A DNA stretch of 64,000 bases from Candidatus Pampinifervens sinense (GTDB lineage Bacteria; Aquificota; Aquificia; Aquificales; Aquificaceae), in contig JAXSPP010000003.1 in NCBI GenBank assembly GCA_037927135.1, positions 32,001 through 96,000 of the forward strand, given 5' to 3'. Position 1 is the stretch's first letter. Every line of letters starts with the position of its first letter. Both the position numbers and the translations under genes were made by a program. The notes under the pieces were generated by a model, which was given only the letters and a program-made list of their open reading frames with translations, had not been told where the DNA came from and did no database searches. Shown piece after piece: positions 8,874-18,608 of this stretch.

Positions 8874-9314
8874 ATGGATATACAGCAGGCCATGTATCCA
8901 AACTTCACCCTCTTTATTCAAATGGTGCTTTTCCTTGTTTTTGTAGCCTTGATAAGATTTCTTCTGGTGAGGCCCTATTCACAGGTTATAGAGGAGAGGG
9001 AAAGGAGGATCCAAAGTAATCTGGAGGAGGCCACTAGGCTGAAGGAGGAGGCAAAAAGGTACTTGGAAGAGGCCAAGGCCATTCTAGAAAAGGGAAGGGT
9101 TGAGTCAAACCAACTTTTAGATAGTGCCAGAAGGGAGGCAGAGAGGTTTAGGGCGGAGCTTATAGCCAAAGTGGAGCAAGAGGTTCAAAGGGAAATAGGT
9201 AGGGCTGTGGAAGAGATAAAAAAGAGCCTAGAGGAGGAGAAGAGGAAGCTGGAAGAAAGGATAGGTGAGGTGGTGGATCTCATTTCAAAGAAGGTTTTGG
9301 AGGAGGCGGCATGA
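8874..9314 (+). CDS. F0F1 ATP synthase subunit b'
   Basis: N-terminal TM helix (NFTLFIQMVLF) plus charged coiled coil; tandem with b and delta. Confidence 0.85.
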   Translation: MDIQQAMYPNFTLFIQMVLFLVFVALIRFLLVRPYSQVIEERERRIQSNLEEATRLKEEAKRYLEEAKAILEKGRVESNQLLDSARREAERFRAELIAKVEQEVQREIGRAVEEIKKSLEEEKRKLEERIGEVVDLISKKVLEEAA

Positions 9315-9805
9315 GCGAAGGACACCACACCATTGAACTCCTTTGGAAAGGCTTCAACATTCTACTCTTCCTTGGAATAGTCTATTACTTTGGAAGAAGG
9401 CCTATAGGCGAGGCTTTTAGTAAGTATTTTGTCGGTCTTACAGAAAGGCTCCTCTCTTCTGAGAAGGAACTAAAGGAGGCTCAAGAGGAGCTTCAAAGGG
9501 CAAAGGAAAGCTTACAGGATGCCAAAAGGAGGTATGAGGAACAGTTGAAGCTGGCCCAAGAGACAGCCAAGGCTATAAAGGAGGAAGAGGAGAGAAAGGC
9601 TTATGAGGTGGCAGGAAGGATAAGGGAGAAGGCTAAGGAGGTTATTGAGATAGAGCTAAAGAAGGCAAAGGAGGAGCTTGTACGCTATGGTGCAGAAAAG
9701 GCTTATACTTTGGCTGTGAATGTGCTGAAGGAAAGGTTTAAAGATGAGGAGGTTCAAAAGGCCTACATTGAAAAGTCCCTTAAAAGGTTGGAGGCTCAAA
9801 GATGA
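9311..9805 (+). CDS. atpF: F0F1 ATP synthase subunit b
   Basis: WKGFNILLFLGIVYYFG TM segment plus coiled coil. Confidence 0.85.
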   Translation: MSEGHHTIELLWKGFNILLFLGIVYYFGRRPIGEAFSKYFVGLTERLLSSEKELKEAQEELQRAKESLQDAKRRYEEQLKLAQETAKAIKEEEERKAYEVAGRIREKAKEVIEIELKKAKEELVRYGAEKAYTLAVNVLKERFKDEEVQKAYIEKSLKRLEAQR

Positions 9806-10338
9806 AGGCTAAGCCTGAGTTGGTAAGAAAGATAGCAAAAGCCCTACTAGAGAGGTCTGGGAAGGAAAGGGAAGAGCTTTTAAAGATCTCCCATCTTCTT
9901 GAGCTTATACATAAGCTTTACAAGTCTGAAAGGGACTTTAGGGGCTTTGTTTTGAACCCAAACATACCAAAGGAAAAAAAGCTTGAATTTATAAGGGAGC
10001 TCAGAAGAAGGTTTGGTGTAGGGGATAAGGTGGATGAGGTCTTTGACTACATGCTTGAGATAAACGCCATACCATTTGTAGGTGAGGTCAAAAGGGTCTA
10101 TGACCACGAGGTGGAAAAGCTTCTAAGACTCAGTAAGGCACTTTTGGTGCTTGCAAGGAAGGTGGATGAGGTGCATCTGGAGAGGATAAAGAAGGTTATA
10201 AAGGACTTTACTGGAAGGGACTATGATTTTGAAATAATGGAAGATCCAGAGCTTATAGGTGGCTTTGTCTTAAAGACATCAAGCTTTGTGTTGGATGCTT
10301 CTGTAAAGAGAAGCCTTGAGGCGATTCTAAGGAGCTGA
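9802..10338 (+). CDS. atpH: F0F1 ATP synthase subunit delta
   Basis: LNPNIPKEKK, DPELIGGFVL...DASVK. Confidence 0.88.
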   Translation: MKAKPELVRKIAKALLERSGKEREELLKISHLLELIHKLYKSERDFRGFVLNPNIPKEKKLEFIRELRRRFGVGDKVDEVFDYMLEINAIPFVGEVKRVYDHEVEKLLRLSKALLVLARKVDEVHLERIKKVIKDFTGRDYDFEIMEDPELIGGFVLKTSSFVLDASVKRSLEAILRS

Positions 10339-10368
10339 TGTATAGCTCCTTTTGGAGGAGGTAAAAAG

Positions 10369-10791
10369 ATGGAGAGGACCCTTGTTATCATTAAGCCCGA
10401 TGCCTTTGAAAAGGGTGCCACAGGCAAGATAATTGACAGGTTTATATCTGAAGGCTTCAAGATAAGAGCCTTGAAGCTCTTTAGGTTCACAAGGGAGCAG
10501 GCGGAGGGCTTTTATGCCGTTCATAGAGAGAGGCCCTTCTTTGGAGAGCTTGTAGAGTTTATGACATCGGGTCCTGTGGTTGCCATGGTGCTAGAAGGTG
10601 AGGATGCCATAAGGAGGGTAAGGGAGATAATAGGTCCAACGGATAGCAACGAGGCAAGGAAGGTGGCACCAAACTCCATAAGAGCCCTCTTTGGCACAGA
10701 CAAGGGCAAAAACGCCATCCACGCTTCCGATTCAAAAGAATCCGCAGACTACGAGATATCCTTTATCTTTTCACAGCTTGAGATAGTCTGA
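10369..10791 (+). CDS. ndk: Nucleoside diphosphate kinase
   Basis: ERTLVIIKPDA, FMTSGPV, NAIHASDS. Confidence 0.97.
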   Translation: MERTLVIIKPDAFEKGATGKIIDRFISEGFKIRALKLFRFTREQAEGFYAVHRERPFFGELVEFMTSGPVVAMVLEGEDAIRRVREIIGPTDSNEARKVAPNSIRALFGTDKGKNAIHASDSKESADYEISFIFSQLEIV

Positions 10792-11768
10792 AGGACAAGC
10801 TCTTTTAGGGCTTGTATATACAGAGGATGTGTTTGCAAGGTTGGTATCCTTATAAGCTCCACACCCCTTTCCCTTGCCATCCTTCCATAGAGGTAGTCAA
10901 GCTCATAGAGGGTTTCTGAGTGCTCGCAGGTAAAAGAAACTGGCACAAGGGCTATTTTCTTTACTCCAGACTCTATTAGCTTTTTCAAAAGGTCCTGTGT
11001 AAAGGGCTCAAGCCATTTGGTGGGCCCCACCTTACTTTGATAGCCTAAGGCATAGTCCACGCCTGGAAAGTGTTCCATTATGAGCCTTACAGTTTCTTCC
11101 GTTTGCCTTTGATATGGATCTCCTTCCCTTATGATGCTTATGGGAAGGCTGTGGGCCGTAAAGAGAAAGAAGAACTCTTGCCAATTGGGAAGGTTCTCCT
11201 TTATGTTTTCCACCATGGCCCTAATATAGGTAGGATGGTTATAATAGCAGTTTATCCTGTGCACTGGAATGTTTGAGGGATAAAAGTAAGGCCTCTCTTG
11301 CCCCTTTAGGGTGGTAAGGTTGAAGCTTTTCCCCCTTCCCACCATCCTTCTGAAGATCCTGTCAAACTCGTTAAAAGAGGATCCTGTAGTAGTTCTACTG
11401 TACTGTGGATAGAGGGGAAGGAGAACTATCCTCTCTATGGGATACATTAAGAGCTCCTTGAGTGCTTCTTCTGTGAGCGGATGCCAATACCTTAGGGCCA
11501 CAACCACCTTATAGCCTTCTCCTAAAGCCTTTTGTAAGGCCTGAGCCTGTGCCTGTGTTTGCTCCCTTTGCGGAGACTTTCCACCCATAACCTCATAATA
11601 GTGTCTTGTCTTCTTTGCTCTAAGGAAGGATATGAGGTAAGCTATGGGCTTTTGAATAGGCCTTGGTATCCTTATAATGTCGTGGTCGGAAAAGAGGTTG
11701 TACAAAAAGGGCCTCACAGCGGAGAGGCTATCGGGACCACCCATATTAAAGAGGACCACACCTATCAT
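10749..11768 (-). CDS. hemH: Ferrochelatase
   Basis: NMGGP, LPLYPQYSRTTTGS, FTAHSLP, GDPY, YQSKVGPTKWLEP, EHSETLYELD. Confidence 0.95.
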   Translation of the reverse strand: MIGVVLFNMGGPDSLSAVRPFLYNLFSDHDIIRIPRPIQKPIAYLISFLRAKKTRHYYEVMGGKSPQREQTQAQAQALQKALGEGYKVVVALRYWHPLTEEALKELLMYPIERIVLLPLYPQYSRTTTGSSFNEFDRIFRRMVGRGKSFNLTTLKGQERPYFYPSNIPVHRINCYYNHPTYIRAMVENIKENLPNWQEFFFLFTAHSLPISIIREGDPYQRQTEETVRLIMEHFPGVDYALGYQSKVGPTKWLEPFTQDLLKKLIESGVKKIALVPVSFTCEHSETLYELDYLYGRMARERGVELIRIPTLQTHPLYIQALKELVLQTISSCEKIKDIS

Positions 11769-11775
11769 GGAAAGA

Positions 11776-12501
11776 TTATAAAAGCTCTCTGAGGTCTATC
11801 TTTCCTTCGTATATGGCCTTTCCAACCACCACACCTTCAACAACATCCACAAGCCTGTATATGTCCTCCAAGCTTGCCACACCACCAGAGGCAAGCACTG
11901 GCTTATTTACAAATCTTTTAAACTCCCTATAGGGCTCCGCATCCACACCCTCCAGCGTTCCATCCCTTTCTATATTGGTATAAAGGTAGCCCCATATGGG
12001 CTTTTGGTCGTATTTTAGTGCAAGGTCTTCTGGCCTCAGAGCACTTTCCTCCCTCCATCCACCCACAGCCACCTTTCCACCCTTTGAATCCACCGCAAGT
12101 ATAACCCTCTCCGGAAACTCACAGAGGATCTCTTCAAAAGCTCCAGGATCCTTCACAGCCAACGTGCCTATCACAAAAAGGTCCACACCTTCCTCCCTTA
12201 ACATCCTACAGCTTTTTAGGCTCCTTATACCACCACCCACTTCAACGATGCCAGAAAAAGCTTTCCTTATGGATCTTATGGCTTTGAGGTTTACCGGAAG
12301 GCCCTCAAGACTCCCATCTAGATCTACCACGTGTATCCTTCTAAAACCCAAATCTTCAAAAAACTTTGCCATATCTTCTGGAGAGGTGGAATAAACCTTT
12401 GTCTTGGCAAAATCACCTTTAAAAAGTCTCACCACCTTTCCCTCTTTTAGGTCAATGGCTGGGATCAAAAAAGCCTTTAAACTCTCCTTTCCTGGCCTCA
12501 A
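11776..12501 (-). CDS. hisA: ProFAR isomerase (histidine biosynthesis)
   Basis: IPAIDLKEGKVVRL, HVVDLDG, EVGGGIR, RDGTLEG, ASGGV. Confidence 0.95.
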   Translation of the reverse strand: MRPGKESLKAFLIPAIDLKEGKVVRLFKGDFAKTKVYSTSPEDMAKFFEDLGFRRIHVVDLDGSLEGLPVNLKAIRSIRKAFSGIVEVGGGIRSLKSCRMLREEGVDLFVIGTLAVKDPGAFEEILCEFPERVILAVDSKGGKVAVGGWREESALRPEDLALKYDQKPIWGYLYTNIERDGTLEGVDAEPYREFKRFVNKPVLASGGVASLEDIYRLVDVVEGVVVGKAIYEGKIDLRELL

Positions 12502-12518
12502 GGTTTAGAATATTATAA

Positions 12519-13055
12519 ATGAAGGAGATAAGGTCTACCACCATTCTGGCGGTCAGAAGGGATAACATAACCGTTATGGGCGGGGATGGTCAGGTTACCC
12601 TTGGCTCCTCCGTTATAAAGCACAGGGCCAAAAAGATAAGGAAGCTTTACAAAGATACCGTTTTGGTAGGCTTTGCAGGCTCTGCAGCCGATGGACTTGC
12701 CCTTATGGAAAGGCTTGAGGCAAAGCTGGAGGAGTTCAGAGGAAATCTTCTGAGGGCATGTGTGGAGCTTGCAAAGGACTGGAGGATGGACAGAAGCCTA
12801 AGAAGGCTAGAGGCTCTACTTTTGGTAGCGGATAGGGAACACATGTATCTACTTTCTGGAAACGGTGATGTGATAGAGCCAGATGAGCCCGTGCTTGCCA
12901 TAGGTTCTGGTGGGGACTATGCTAGGGCAAGCGCCTTAGCCCTCTACCGAAACACCAATATGTCCGCAGAGGAGATAGTGAAAGAATCTCTAAGGATAGC
13001 GGGGGAGATATGCATATACACCAACCAAAACTTTATCATTGAAAAGCTGGAGTAA
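12519..13055 (+). CDS. hslV: ATP-dependent protease peptidase subunit HslV
   Basis: TTILAVR, GDGQVTLG, GFAGSAADG, AIGSGG, ICIYTN. Confidence 0.96.
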   Translation: MKEIRSTTILAVRRDNITVMGGDGQVTLGSSVIKHRAKKIRKLYKDTVLVGFAGSAADGLALMERLEAKLEEFRGNLLRACVELAKDWRMDRSLRRLEALLLVADREHMYLLSGNGDVIEPDEPVLAIGSGGDYARASALALYRNTNMSAEEIVKESLRIAGEICIYTNQNFIIEKLE

Positions 13056-13065
13056 AATTTTATCC

Positions 13066-14493
13066 ATGTTTAAAAAGGTTCTGATAGCCAACAGAGGAGA
13101 GGTGGCCCTAAGGATAATAAGGGCCTGTGAAGAGCTTGGAATAAGAACGGCAGCCATATACTCTGAAGCGGATACAAAATCCTTGTATGTGAAAAAGGCA
13201 GATGAAGCCTATTTGATCCCTGGTGACCCTATCAGAGCTTACCTTGATTATGTGAGGATAGTGGACCTTGCCAAATCTATAGGTGCCGATGCTATACATC
13301 CAGGCTATGGCTTTTTGGCTGAGAATGCAGACTTTGCAAGATACTGTGAAAAGAGGGGAATAACCTTTATAGGACCATCACCGGAGCATATAGAGCTCTT
13401 TGGAGATAAGGTAAAGGCGAAGAAAGCTATGGAGAAGCTTGGCATACCCACCATACCCGGCTCTCCAGAGCCTCTTAGAAACTATGAGGACGCCCTGCAC
13501 TACGCAAGGGAGATAGGCCTGCCTGTAATACTCAAGGCTGCGTACGGTGGTGGGGGAAGGGGTATGAGGGTTATAAGGAGTCTTGAGGAGCTTCCAAGGC
13601 TTTTTGAGTCGGCATACAGGGAAGCGGAAACCTTCTTTGGAAAGGGAGATCTGTTTCTAGAGAAATACCTTGACAATCCAAAGCACATAGAAGTTCAAAT
13701 CATAGGCGACAAGTACGGCAATGTGGTCCATCTTGGTGAAAGGGACTGTTCTGTCCAAAGGAAGCATCAAAAGATCATAGAAGTCACACCCTGCCCAGTT
13801 CTTCCAAAGGACCTAAGGCAGAAGATGCTTGGATTGAGCGTTAAGGCCATGATGCAAGTGGGCTACTATAGTGCAGGCACCCTTGAGTTTTTGGTGGACC
13901 TCAAAAATAAAGAGTTTTACTTTATAGAGATGAACACGCGCCTTCAGGTGGAGCACACCATAACGGAGATGGTTACAGGTATAGACATTGTGGAAACTAT
14001 GATAAGGGTAGCCATGGGCGAACCTCTACCCTTTACCCAAAGCGATATAACCTTTAGGGGCTATGCCATAGAGTTTAGAATAAACGCAGAAGATCCAAAA
14101 AGGAACTTTGCTCCTGCACCAGGGAAAATAACGGCCTACTACTCGCCCGGTGGGCCTGGTGTAAGGATGGATGCGGGCGTGTATAAGGACTACGTTATAC
14201 CACCCTATTATGATTCTATGATAGCAAAGCTTAGCGTTTGGGCCCTAACATGGGACAGGGTTTTGGCTAGGGCAAGAAGGGCCATAGACGAGTTTATAAT
14301 AAGGGGAGTCCCTACCAATATACCCCTTCACAGGGAAATAATAAGGGATCCAGACTTTATCTCTGGCTACTTTGGCATAAGGTTCCTTGAGGAGAAGCTA
14401 CCTACCTATGACTTTGAGATTGAGGGAGAGAGGGATCCAGAAACCCTTGCCCTAGCCCTTTCAGCGGCCATAGCAGCCTATTACGGACTGTAA
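13066..14493 (+). CDS. Biotin carboxylase subunit, probably subunit A of a two-subunit pyruvate carboxylase
   Basis: KKVLIANRGE, HPGYGFLAEN, GGGGRGMR, ERDCSVQR, EMNTRLQVEH, YYDSMIAKL. The C-terminal LSAAIAAYYGL tail is typical of PycA/CfiB-type subunits rather than AccC. Confidence 0.85.
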   Translation: MFKKVLIANRGEVALRIIRACEELGIRTAAIYSEADTKSLYVKKADEAYLIPGDPIRAYLDYVRIVDLAKSIGADAIHPGYGFLAENADFARYCEKRGITFIGPSPEHIELFGDKVKAKKAMEKLGIPTIPGSPEPLRNYEDALHYAREIGLPVILKAAYGGGGRGMRVIRSLEELPRLFESAYREAETFFGKGDLFLEKYLDNPKHIEVQIIGDKYGNVVHLGERDCSVQRKHQKIIEVTPCPVLPKDLRQKMLGLSVKAMMQVGYYSAGTLEFLVDLKNKEFYFIEMNTRLQVEHTITEMVTGIDIVETMIRVAMGEPLPFTQSDITFRGYAIEFRINAEDPKRNFAPAPGKITAYYSPGGPGVRMDAGVYKDYVIPPYYDSMIAKLSVWALTWDRVLARARRAIDEFIIRGVPTNIPLHREIIRDPDFISGYFGIRFLEEKLPTYDFEIEGERDPETLALALSAAIAAYYGL

Positions 14494-15227
14494 TCTATGC
14501 TCACCCCCTTGCTTTCAAATCCAAGGGGATTTATAACCTTTACAGTGAACGTGGTCCTATCCTTAGGCAAAGGAAGTTCAAAGGAATAGCCCACCGTCCT
14601 TCCCACCTCTTTTCCCTTCTCATACACCACAAACTCCCTGTATTCATCCCTATAGAACCAAACAAGGTAAAGCTTACCTTCCCCCACTCTAACTTCAAGA
14701 TCCTCCACATCCTTCACCAAGGGTGGTAGTTTGGGCTTTACGCAAAGTTTTACTGGATCACTCTCCAAAGGACCCTTTACCCCAGTAATGGCAAAACACC
14801 TCTCCCAGTAATCCCTCTCAATATGGACCCTATCCCTAAAATCTTTGGCCTCTTCCAAGTCTATGTTCTCCTCTTTTACAGGATATATCCTGTAAGAATC
14901 AAAGCCAAAGGCTCTTAACTCTATACCATCCTTATCTTCCTTTACACTCAAAGATGGCCTTTCTTCCAGCCTACCTTCTACGCAAAACTTACGAGACTTG
15001 CCACCCACCCTTTCCACAGAAAAGCAAAAGGCCTCCCTATTCTCCTTAACCCAGTAGCTTCCCCTCCTTTCAAACTCCCTTACCCTTACCTCTCCAGAAA
15101 GGCTTTTAACATATACCCTATCACCTATCCTCCTTATCCATACCTCAGGCTCTTTCAATACTTCCGGATTGGCCTTTATACCACAGCCTGCGGAAAAAAG
15201 GGTGATAAGGAGAAGGCCTTTTTTCAT
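14481..15227 (-). CDS. Hypothetical lipoprotein, possible FnIII-like C-terminal domain
   Basis: Lipobox MKKGLLLITLFSAGC; beta-rich C-terminus (LYLVW...VKVINPLGFES). Confidence 0.6.
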   Translation of the reverse strand: MKKGLLLITLFSAGCGIKANPEVLKEPEVWIRRIGDRVYVKSLSGEVRVREFERRGSYWVKENREAFCFSVERVGGKSRKFCVEGRLEERPSLSVKEDKDGIELRAFGFDSYRIYPVKEENIDLEEAKDFRDRVHIERDYWERCFAITGVKGPLESDPVKLCVKPKLPPLVKDVEDLEVRVGEGKLYLVWFYRDEYREFVVYEKGKEVGRTVGYSFELPLPKDRTTFTVKVINPLGFESKGVSIDYSP

Positions 15228-15541
15228 CTTGGTGGGCCAGATTCCTTTTCATAAGGCCACACCAGTATACCACCAGCCAGGTTATAAGCTTCATAGCCCA
15301 TATGCCTGAGGAAGTAGGTGGCAAAGGCACTTCTCTCTCCACTCCTACAGTAGACTATATAAACCTTATCCTTAGGCAAGTCTTTGTAAGCATACCTTAG
15401 CTCATCAAGCGGTATAAGTATGGAGTTTGGTATTCTAAGCTGTACATGCTCTTGAGGTGTTCTCACATCCAAAAGGACCACATTCTCCTTCTGTAACATC
15501 TCCTTAGCTTCCTGTGGGCTTATTTCTGGCACCTGAAACAT
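15224..15541 (-). CDS. Single-domain rhodanese / sulfurtransferase
   Basis: LLDVRTPQE, VYCRSGERS, NLAGGILVW. Confidence 0.9.
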   Translation of the reverse strand: MFQVPEISPQEAKEMLQKENVVLLDVRTPQEHVQLRIPNSILIPLDELRYAYKDLPKDKVYIVYCRSGERSAFATYFLRHMGYEAYNLAGGILVWPYEKESGPPR

Positions 15542-15559
15542 GCTTACCTCCTTTGGTAT

Positions 15560-16768
15560 TTAATTATATTCTAAAACTCTAAATGGATCTCTGCCCGCTA
15601 AGTTAAACAACCTTGCCCAAAAAAGCAGTAGTTTATACTTTGCTTCCATCACCTGCCTTTCGGCTTCACTCTTTTCCGCCATAGCATATCCAAGATCAAA
15701 GGCCAATTCCAGCTCATACTCAGACCTTTTAAGCATCAGATTTTCCTCAGCAAACCTGTCTTTAGTTATAGCCTCCGTCCATTTGGCCTTCAGATACTCC
15801 CACTCGTAAGGTGCAGAGAAGAATATCAGACCTATACTTTGCTCCAAAGCCTCCTTCTCTTTTTGAACCATACCTTTCAACGCAACAAGATACTCAACCT
15901 TATAGGGCCTTCCCCAGTCGTAAATAGGCGTATATACCTCCAACCCACTCTTATCGGTGGATATTTTTAAATTTACCTTGGGTGCTATGGTTTGTTTTGC
16001 GGATTTTATCTCCTCTTCATAGCTAGCTATCTCTAAATTTTTAAGCCTTATGCTTGTATTGCCCTTTAAGGCTTCAGCCTTTAGCTTTGAAAAGTCTTCT
16101 AGAAGTTTTTCCGGTTCTTCAAAAGGTAGATCTTTTAGCTCCACAAAGGTTTCGTAAGGTATGCCGGCTAGCTGTTTTATCTGAAGAAGTACTTGGTTAT
16201 ACATATGCTGTGCATAAAAAAGCTCAGCCCTCTTCTCCCTGTATACACTCTCCAACCTTAATACCTCGTGATCTGTAGAAAGTCCTAAAGCCTTCTTCTC
16301 TCTGGCTCTGTCAAAGCGCACATAAGCTATGGCCATCTCCTCCCTCTTTACCTCCGCAAGCTTCTTGTAAAGATGGGCTTCTGTAAACAGCTGCAAAATC
16401 TTAAGCTGTATATCTCTGTATAACTGTTCTAACATCAGATTAGCTATGTCCCTTTTTATCTTTGCCACTTCAATCCTAGCTTTAGTCTTTTGAAATTCAT
16501 AGATAGTGCTTACTACAGAAAGGTTGAAGTCAGTTCTAGCTTTTCTATCGTATAGATCATACAATAAAGATCCTCCAACATAAACAGTTGGTAGATAAAA
16601 CTTCCTTGCCAACTCATAATCTATGTTTAACGATCTTATCTGCTCTAGCAGTCTTTGTATATCTCTATTATTTTTCAATGCAAGTTCATAAACTTTCCTA
16701 TAGTCAAGGGTTAAAACCTCTTGCGCAAAAGAGAAGTTTAAAAGAAGGTATAGAACGAAAAATATCAT
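15560..16768 (-). CDS. TolC-family outer membrane channel
   Basis: Signal peptide, ALKNN, two helical OEP-like repeats, about 400 aa. Confidence 0.75.
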   Translation of the reverse strand: MIFFVLYLLLNFSFAQEVLTLDYRKVYELALKNNRDIQRLLEQIRSLNIDYELARKFYLPTVYVGGSLLYDLYDRKARTDFNLSVVSTIYEFQKTKARIEVAKIKRDIANLMLEQLYRDIQLKILQLFTEAHLYKKLAEVKREEMAIAYVRFDRAREKKALGLSTDHEVLRLESVYREKRAELFYAQHMYNQVLLQIKQLAGIPYETFVELKDLPFEEPEKLLEDFSKLKAEALKGNTSIRLKNLEIASYEEEIKSAKQTIAPKVNLKISTDKSGLEVYTPIYDWGRPYKVEYLVALKGMVQKEKEALEQSIGLIFFSAPYEWEYLKAKWTEAITKDRFAEENLMLKRSEYELELAFDLGYAMAEKSEAERQVMEAKYKLLLFWARLFNLAGRDPFRVLEYN

Positions 16769-17262
16769 CTTCCTTTGTTTTCTTTAAGGAACTGGATGAG
16801 GTTTTTGTTCTTGTAATGCCCCTCAACCACATACCTACCTATTAAGATAAACTCCTTAGGTTCTATGTAACCTGGCACCTTCAATACCACCTTCCCTTCC
16901 TTATCAAAGAACATAAAGACAGGAGTCAACCTTATACCATGCTTTAAGGCAAACTGTCGTTCTGTTAGCTTTTTTCCATCAAGATCTATCACTTCATTAG
17001 AACCTCTTATATCTATTTCAATCATGTAAAAATGCTTTGTATAGTATTCTTGAACAGCTCTATCTTGGAAGGTTATCCTTCTCATCTTATCGCAGAAAGG
17101 GCAACCTTCTTGATGGAACATTATGAAAAGAAACTTATTATTCCTTCTTGCCTCCTCTAAATCTTCTTTAAGGTTTAAAAAGGAAGGTTTAAGAAAGGGT
17201 ATAACTTCTGCGCAGAGGGCAAATACAGGTAGTAGAAGTATCAGTATAAAAGGCTTCATCAC
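16765..17262 (-). CDS. Periplasmic thioredoxin-fold protein, SoxW-like
   Basis: Signal peptide, SFLNLKEDLEEA, QEGCPFCDKM, LTPVFMFFD, PGY. Confidence 0.8.
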   Translation of the reverse strand: MMKPFILILLLPVFALCAEVIPFLKPSFLNLKEDLEEARRNNKFLFIMFHQEGCPFCDKMRRITFQDRAVQEYYTKHFYMIEIDIRGSNEVIDLDGKKLTERQFALKHGIRLTPVFMFFDKEGKVVLKVPGYIEPKEFILIGRYVVEGHYKNKNLIQFLKENKGR

Positions 17263-17645
17263 ATTACCTCCTTAATTCTGTCTTCCCTCTCCAATATATC
17301 AATGATCCTTACACCAAATTTATCTTCTATTATAACTATCTCTCCTTTGGCCACAAGCTTTCCGTTCACCTTTATATCAACAGGAGTTTCTACATTTTGA
17401 TCTAGCTCAACGATTGATCCAGAATCCAATTGTAGCAGTTCTCCTAGGGTGAGGACCGTGGATCCAATTACCACTTCTACATGCAGTGGTATGTCTAAAA
17501 ACCTCTTTAGCTTGTCCGGCAGTTCTTCTTGTTTTTCCTCCTTCTTTGTCTCTTGCCTTTGCTCCTCTTTTTTGGATGCTTCCTCCTGCTCTTTTAAAGC
17601 AGAAGCCCACATCTCCATAATATCCTCTTGCTTTTGTTCCTCCAT
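17259..17645 (-). CDS. fliN: Flagellar motor switch protein FliN
   Basis: LDIPLHVEVVIG, GSIVELD, VNGKLVAKGEIV, FGVRI. Confidence 0.93.
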   Translation of the reverse strand: MEEQKQEDIMEMWASALKEQEEASKKEEQRQETKKEEKQEELPDKLKRFLDIPLHVEVVIGSTVLTLGELLQLDSGSIVELDQNVETPVDIKVNGKLVAKGEIVIIEDKFGVRIIDILEREDRIKEVM

Positions 17646-17646
17646 C

Positions 17647-18603
17647 CTAGTCCTCCTTTTCTATATGCTTATATATCTTCACAGCCTTTTTTTTGCCAAG
17701 CTGACCAAGGAAGGCTAGAAACTTTGGCACACCCTCCACTCTGACTTTTAAAGGACCCTTTACCGAACTATCAAGCGTTATCGTATCTCCTACCTCTAGC
17801 TCAAGTAGTTTTTTAAAACTTATCTGAGTTTCTCCAAGTATAACCTCAAGCCTCAAGGGTATCCTTTGAAACACTTCAACAGTATTTTGATTAAATCTAG
17901 ACCTTATTTCTGTTGCTCCTTTTAGCAAATCCTTAAAAGGTGCTATTGAAGCTTCGGGAATAGCCAGGTATATGTAGCCTTCACTCCCTTCCACGATCAA
18001 AGTCAGTTTCAGTAGTATAAACTTTTCCTTTGATCGTGCCACAGTCAGTAAGGTGGGGTTTGTCTCTATGCTCAGAGGTACTATCTTCACCTTCATTACA
18101 GTATTCCAAGCAAGCTCTAACTCTTGATAGCACAAGTTCAATAGCTTCTGGATAAATCTCATTTCAATCCTTGTAAACTCTTTACCCTCTATCTTGTATT
18201 GCCTAATGCTTCCACCAAAAACACTGCTTATCACTATATATATCAACCTTGGGTCTATGGCCAACAGGCATTGGCCCCTTAACGGTTCAATGTTAAAGAT
18301 GCCTATGGCACATGGTAAGGGTAGCTTTGATACAAAATCACCAAACCTCACAATACCAACGCTTTCCTTGAAGATGTCTGGTATGGTAACAATAAGAGAT
18401 GTTAAACCTTTTCTTAACCCGTTTATCCATCTTTCAAAGATAAGCTCAAGGCCCGCTATCCTACCCGCTGATATGTGTTCAAAGAGTGTAAGGTCTAGGG
18501 GTTTTACCTTCTCCTCTTCTACTACTGTTTCCTTTCTTTCTTCCTTTCCTAGGGTTTGAAGAAGTAGGTTTATTTCCTCTTGGCTAAGGATTTCGTCCGC
18601 CAT
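17647..18603 (-). CDS. fliM: Flagellar motor switch protein FliM
   Basis: ILSQEEINLLL, FGG, KEFTRIE, C-terminal SpoA domain. Confidence 0.92.
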   Translation of the reverse strand: MADEILSQEEINLLLQTLGKEERKETVVEEEKVKPLDLTLFEHISAGRIAGLELIFERWINGLRKGLTSLIVTIPDIFKESVGIVRFGDFVSKLPLPCAIGIFNIEPLRGQCLLAIDPRLIYIVISSVFGGSIRQYKIEGKEFTRIEMRFIQKLLNLCYQELELAWNTVMKVKIVPLSIETNPTLLTVARSKEKFILLKLTLIVEGSEGYIYLAIPEASIAPFKDLLKGATEIRSRFNQNTVEVFQRIPLRLEVILGETQISFKKLLELEVGDTITLDSSVKGPLKVRVEGVPKFLAFLGQLGKKKAVKIYKHIEKED

Positions 18604-18608
18604 GTCTA

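Noticed and set aside
8874-10338. ATP synthase b'/b/delta genes without the rest of the atp operon
   Set aside because: Dispersed atp genes and two b subunits are known in Aquifex relatives.
10749-10791. Convergent 3' overlaps (ndk/hemH, aroD/hypothetical, DHH/DUF218, rluD/lpxB)
   Set aside because: Ordinary genome compaction; no evidence of antisense function from sequence alone.
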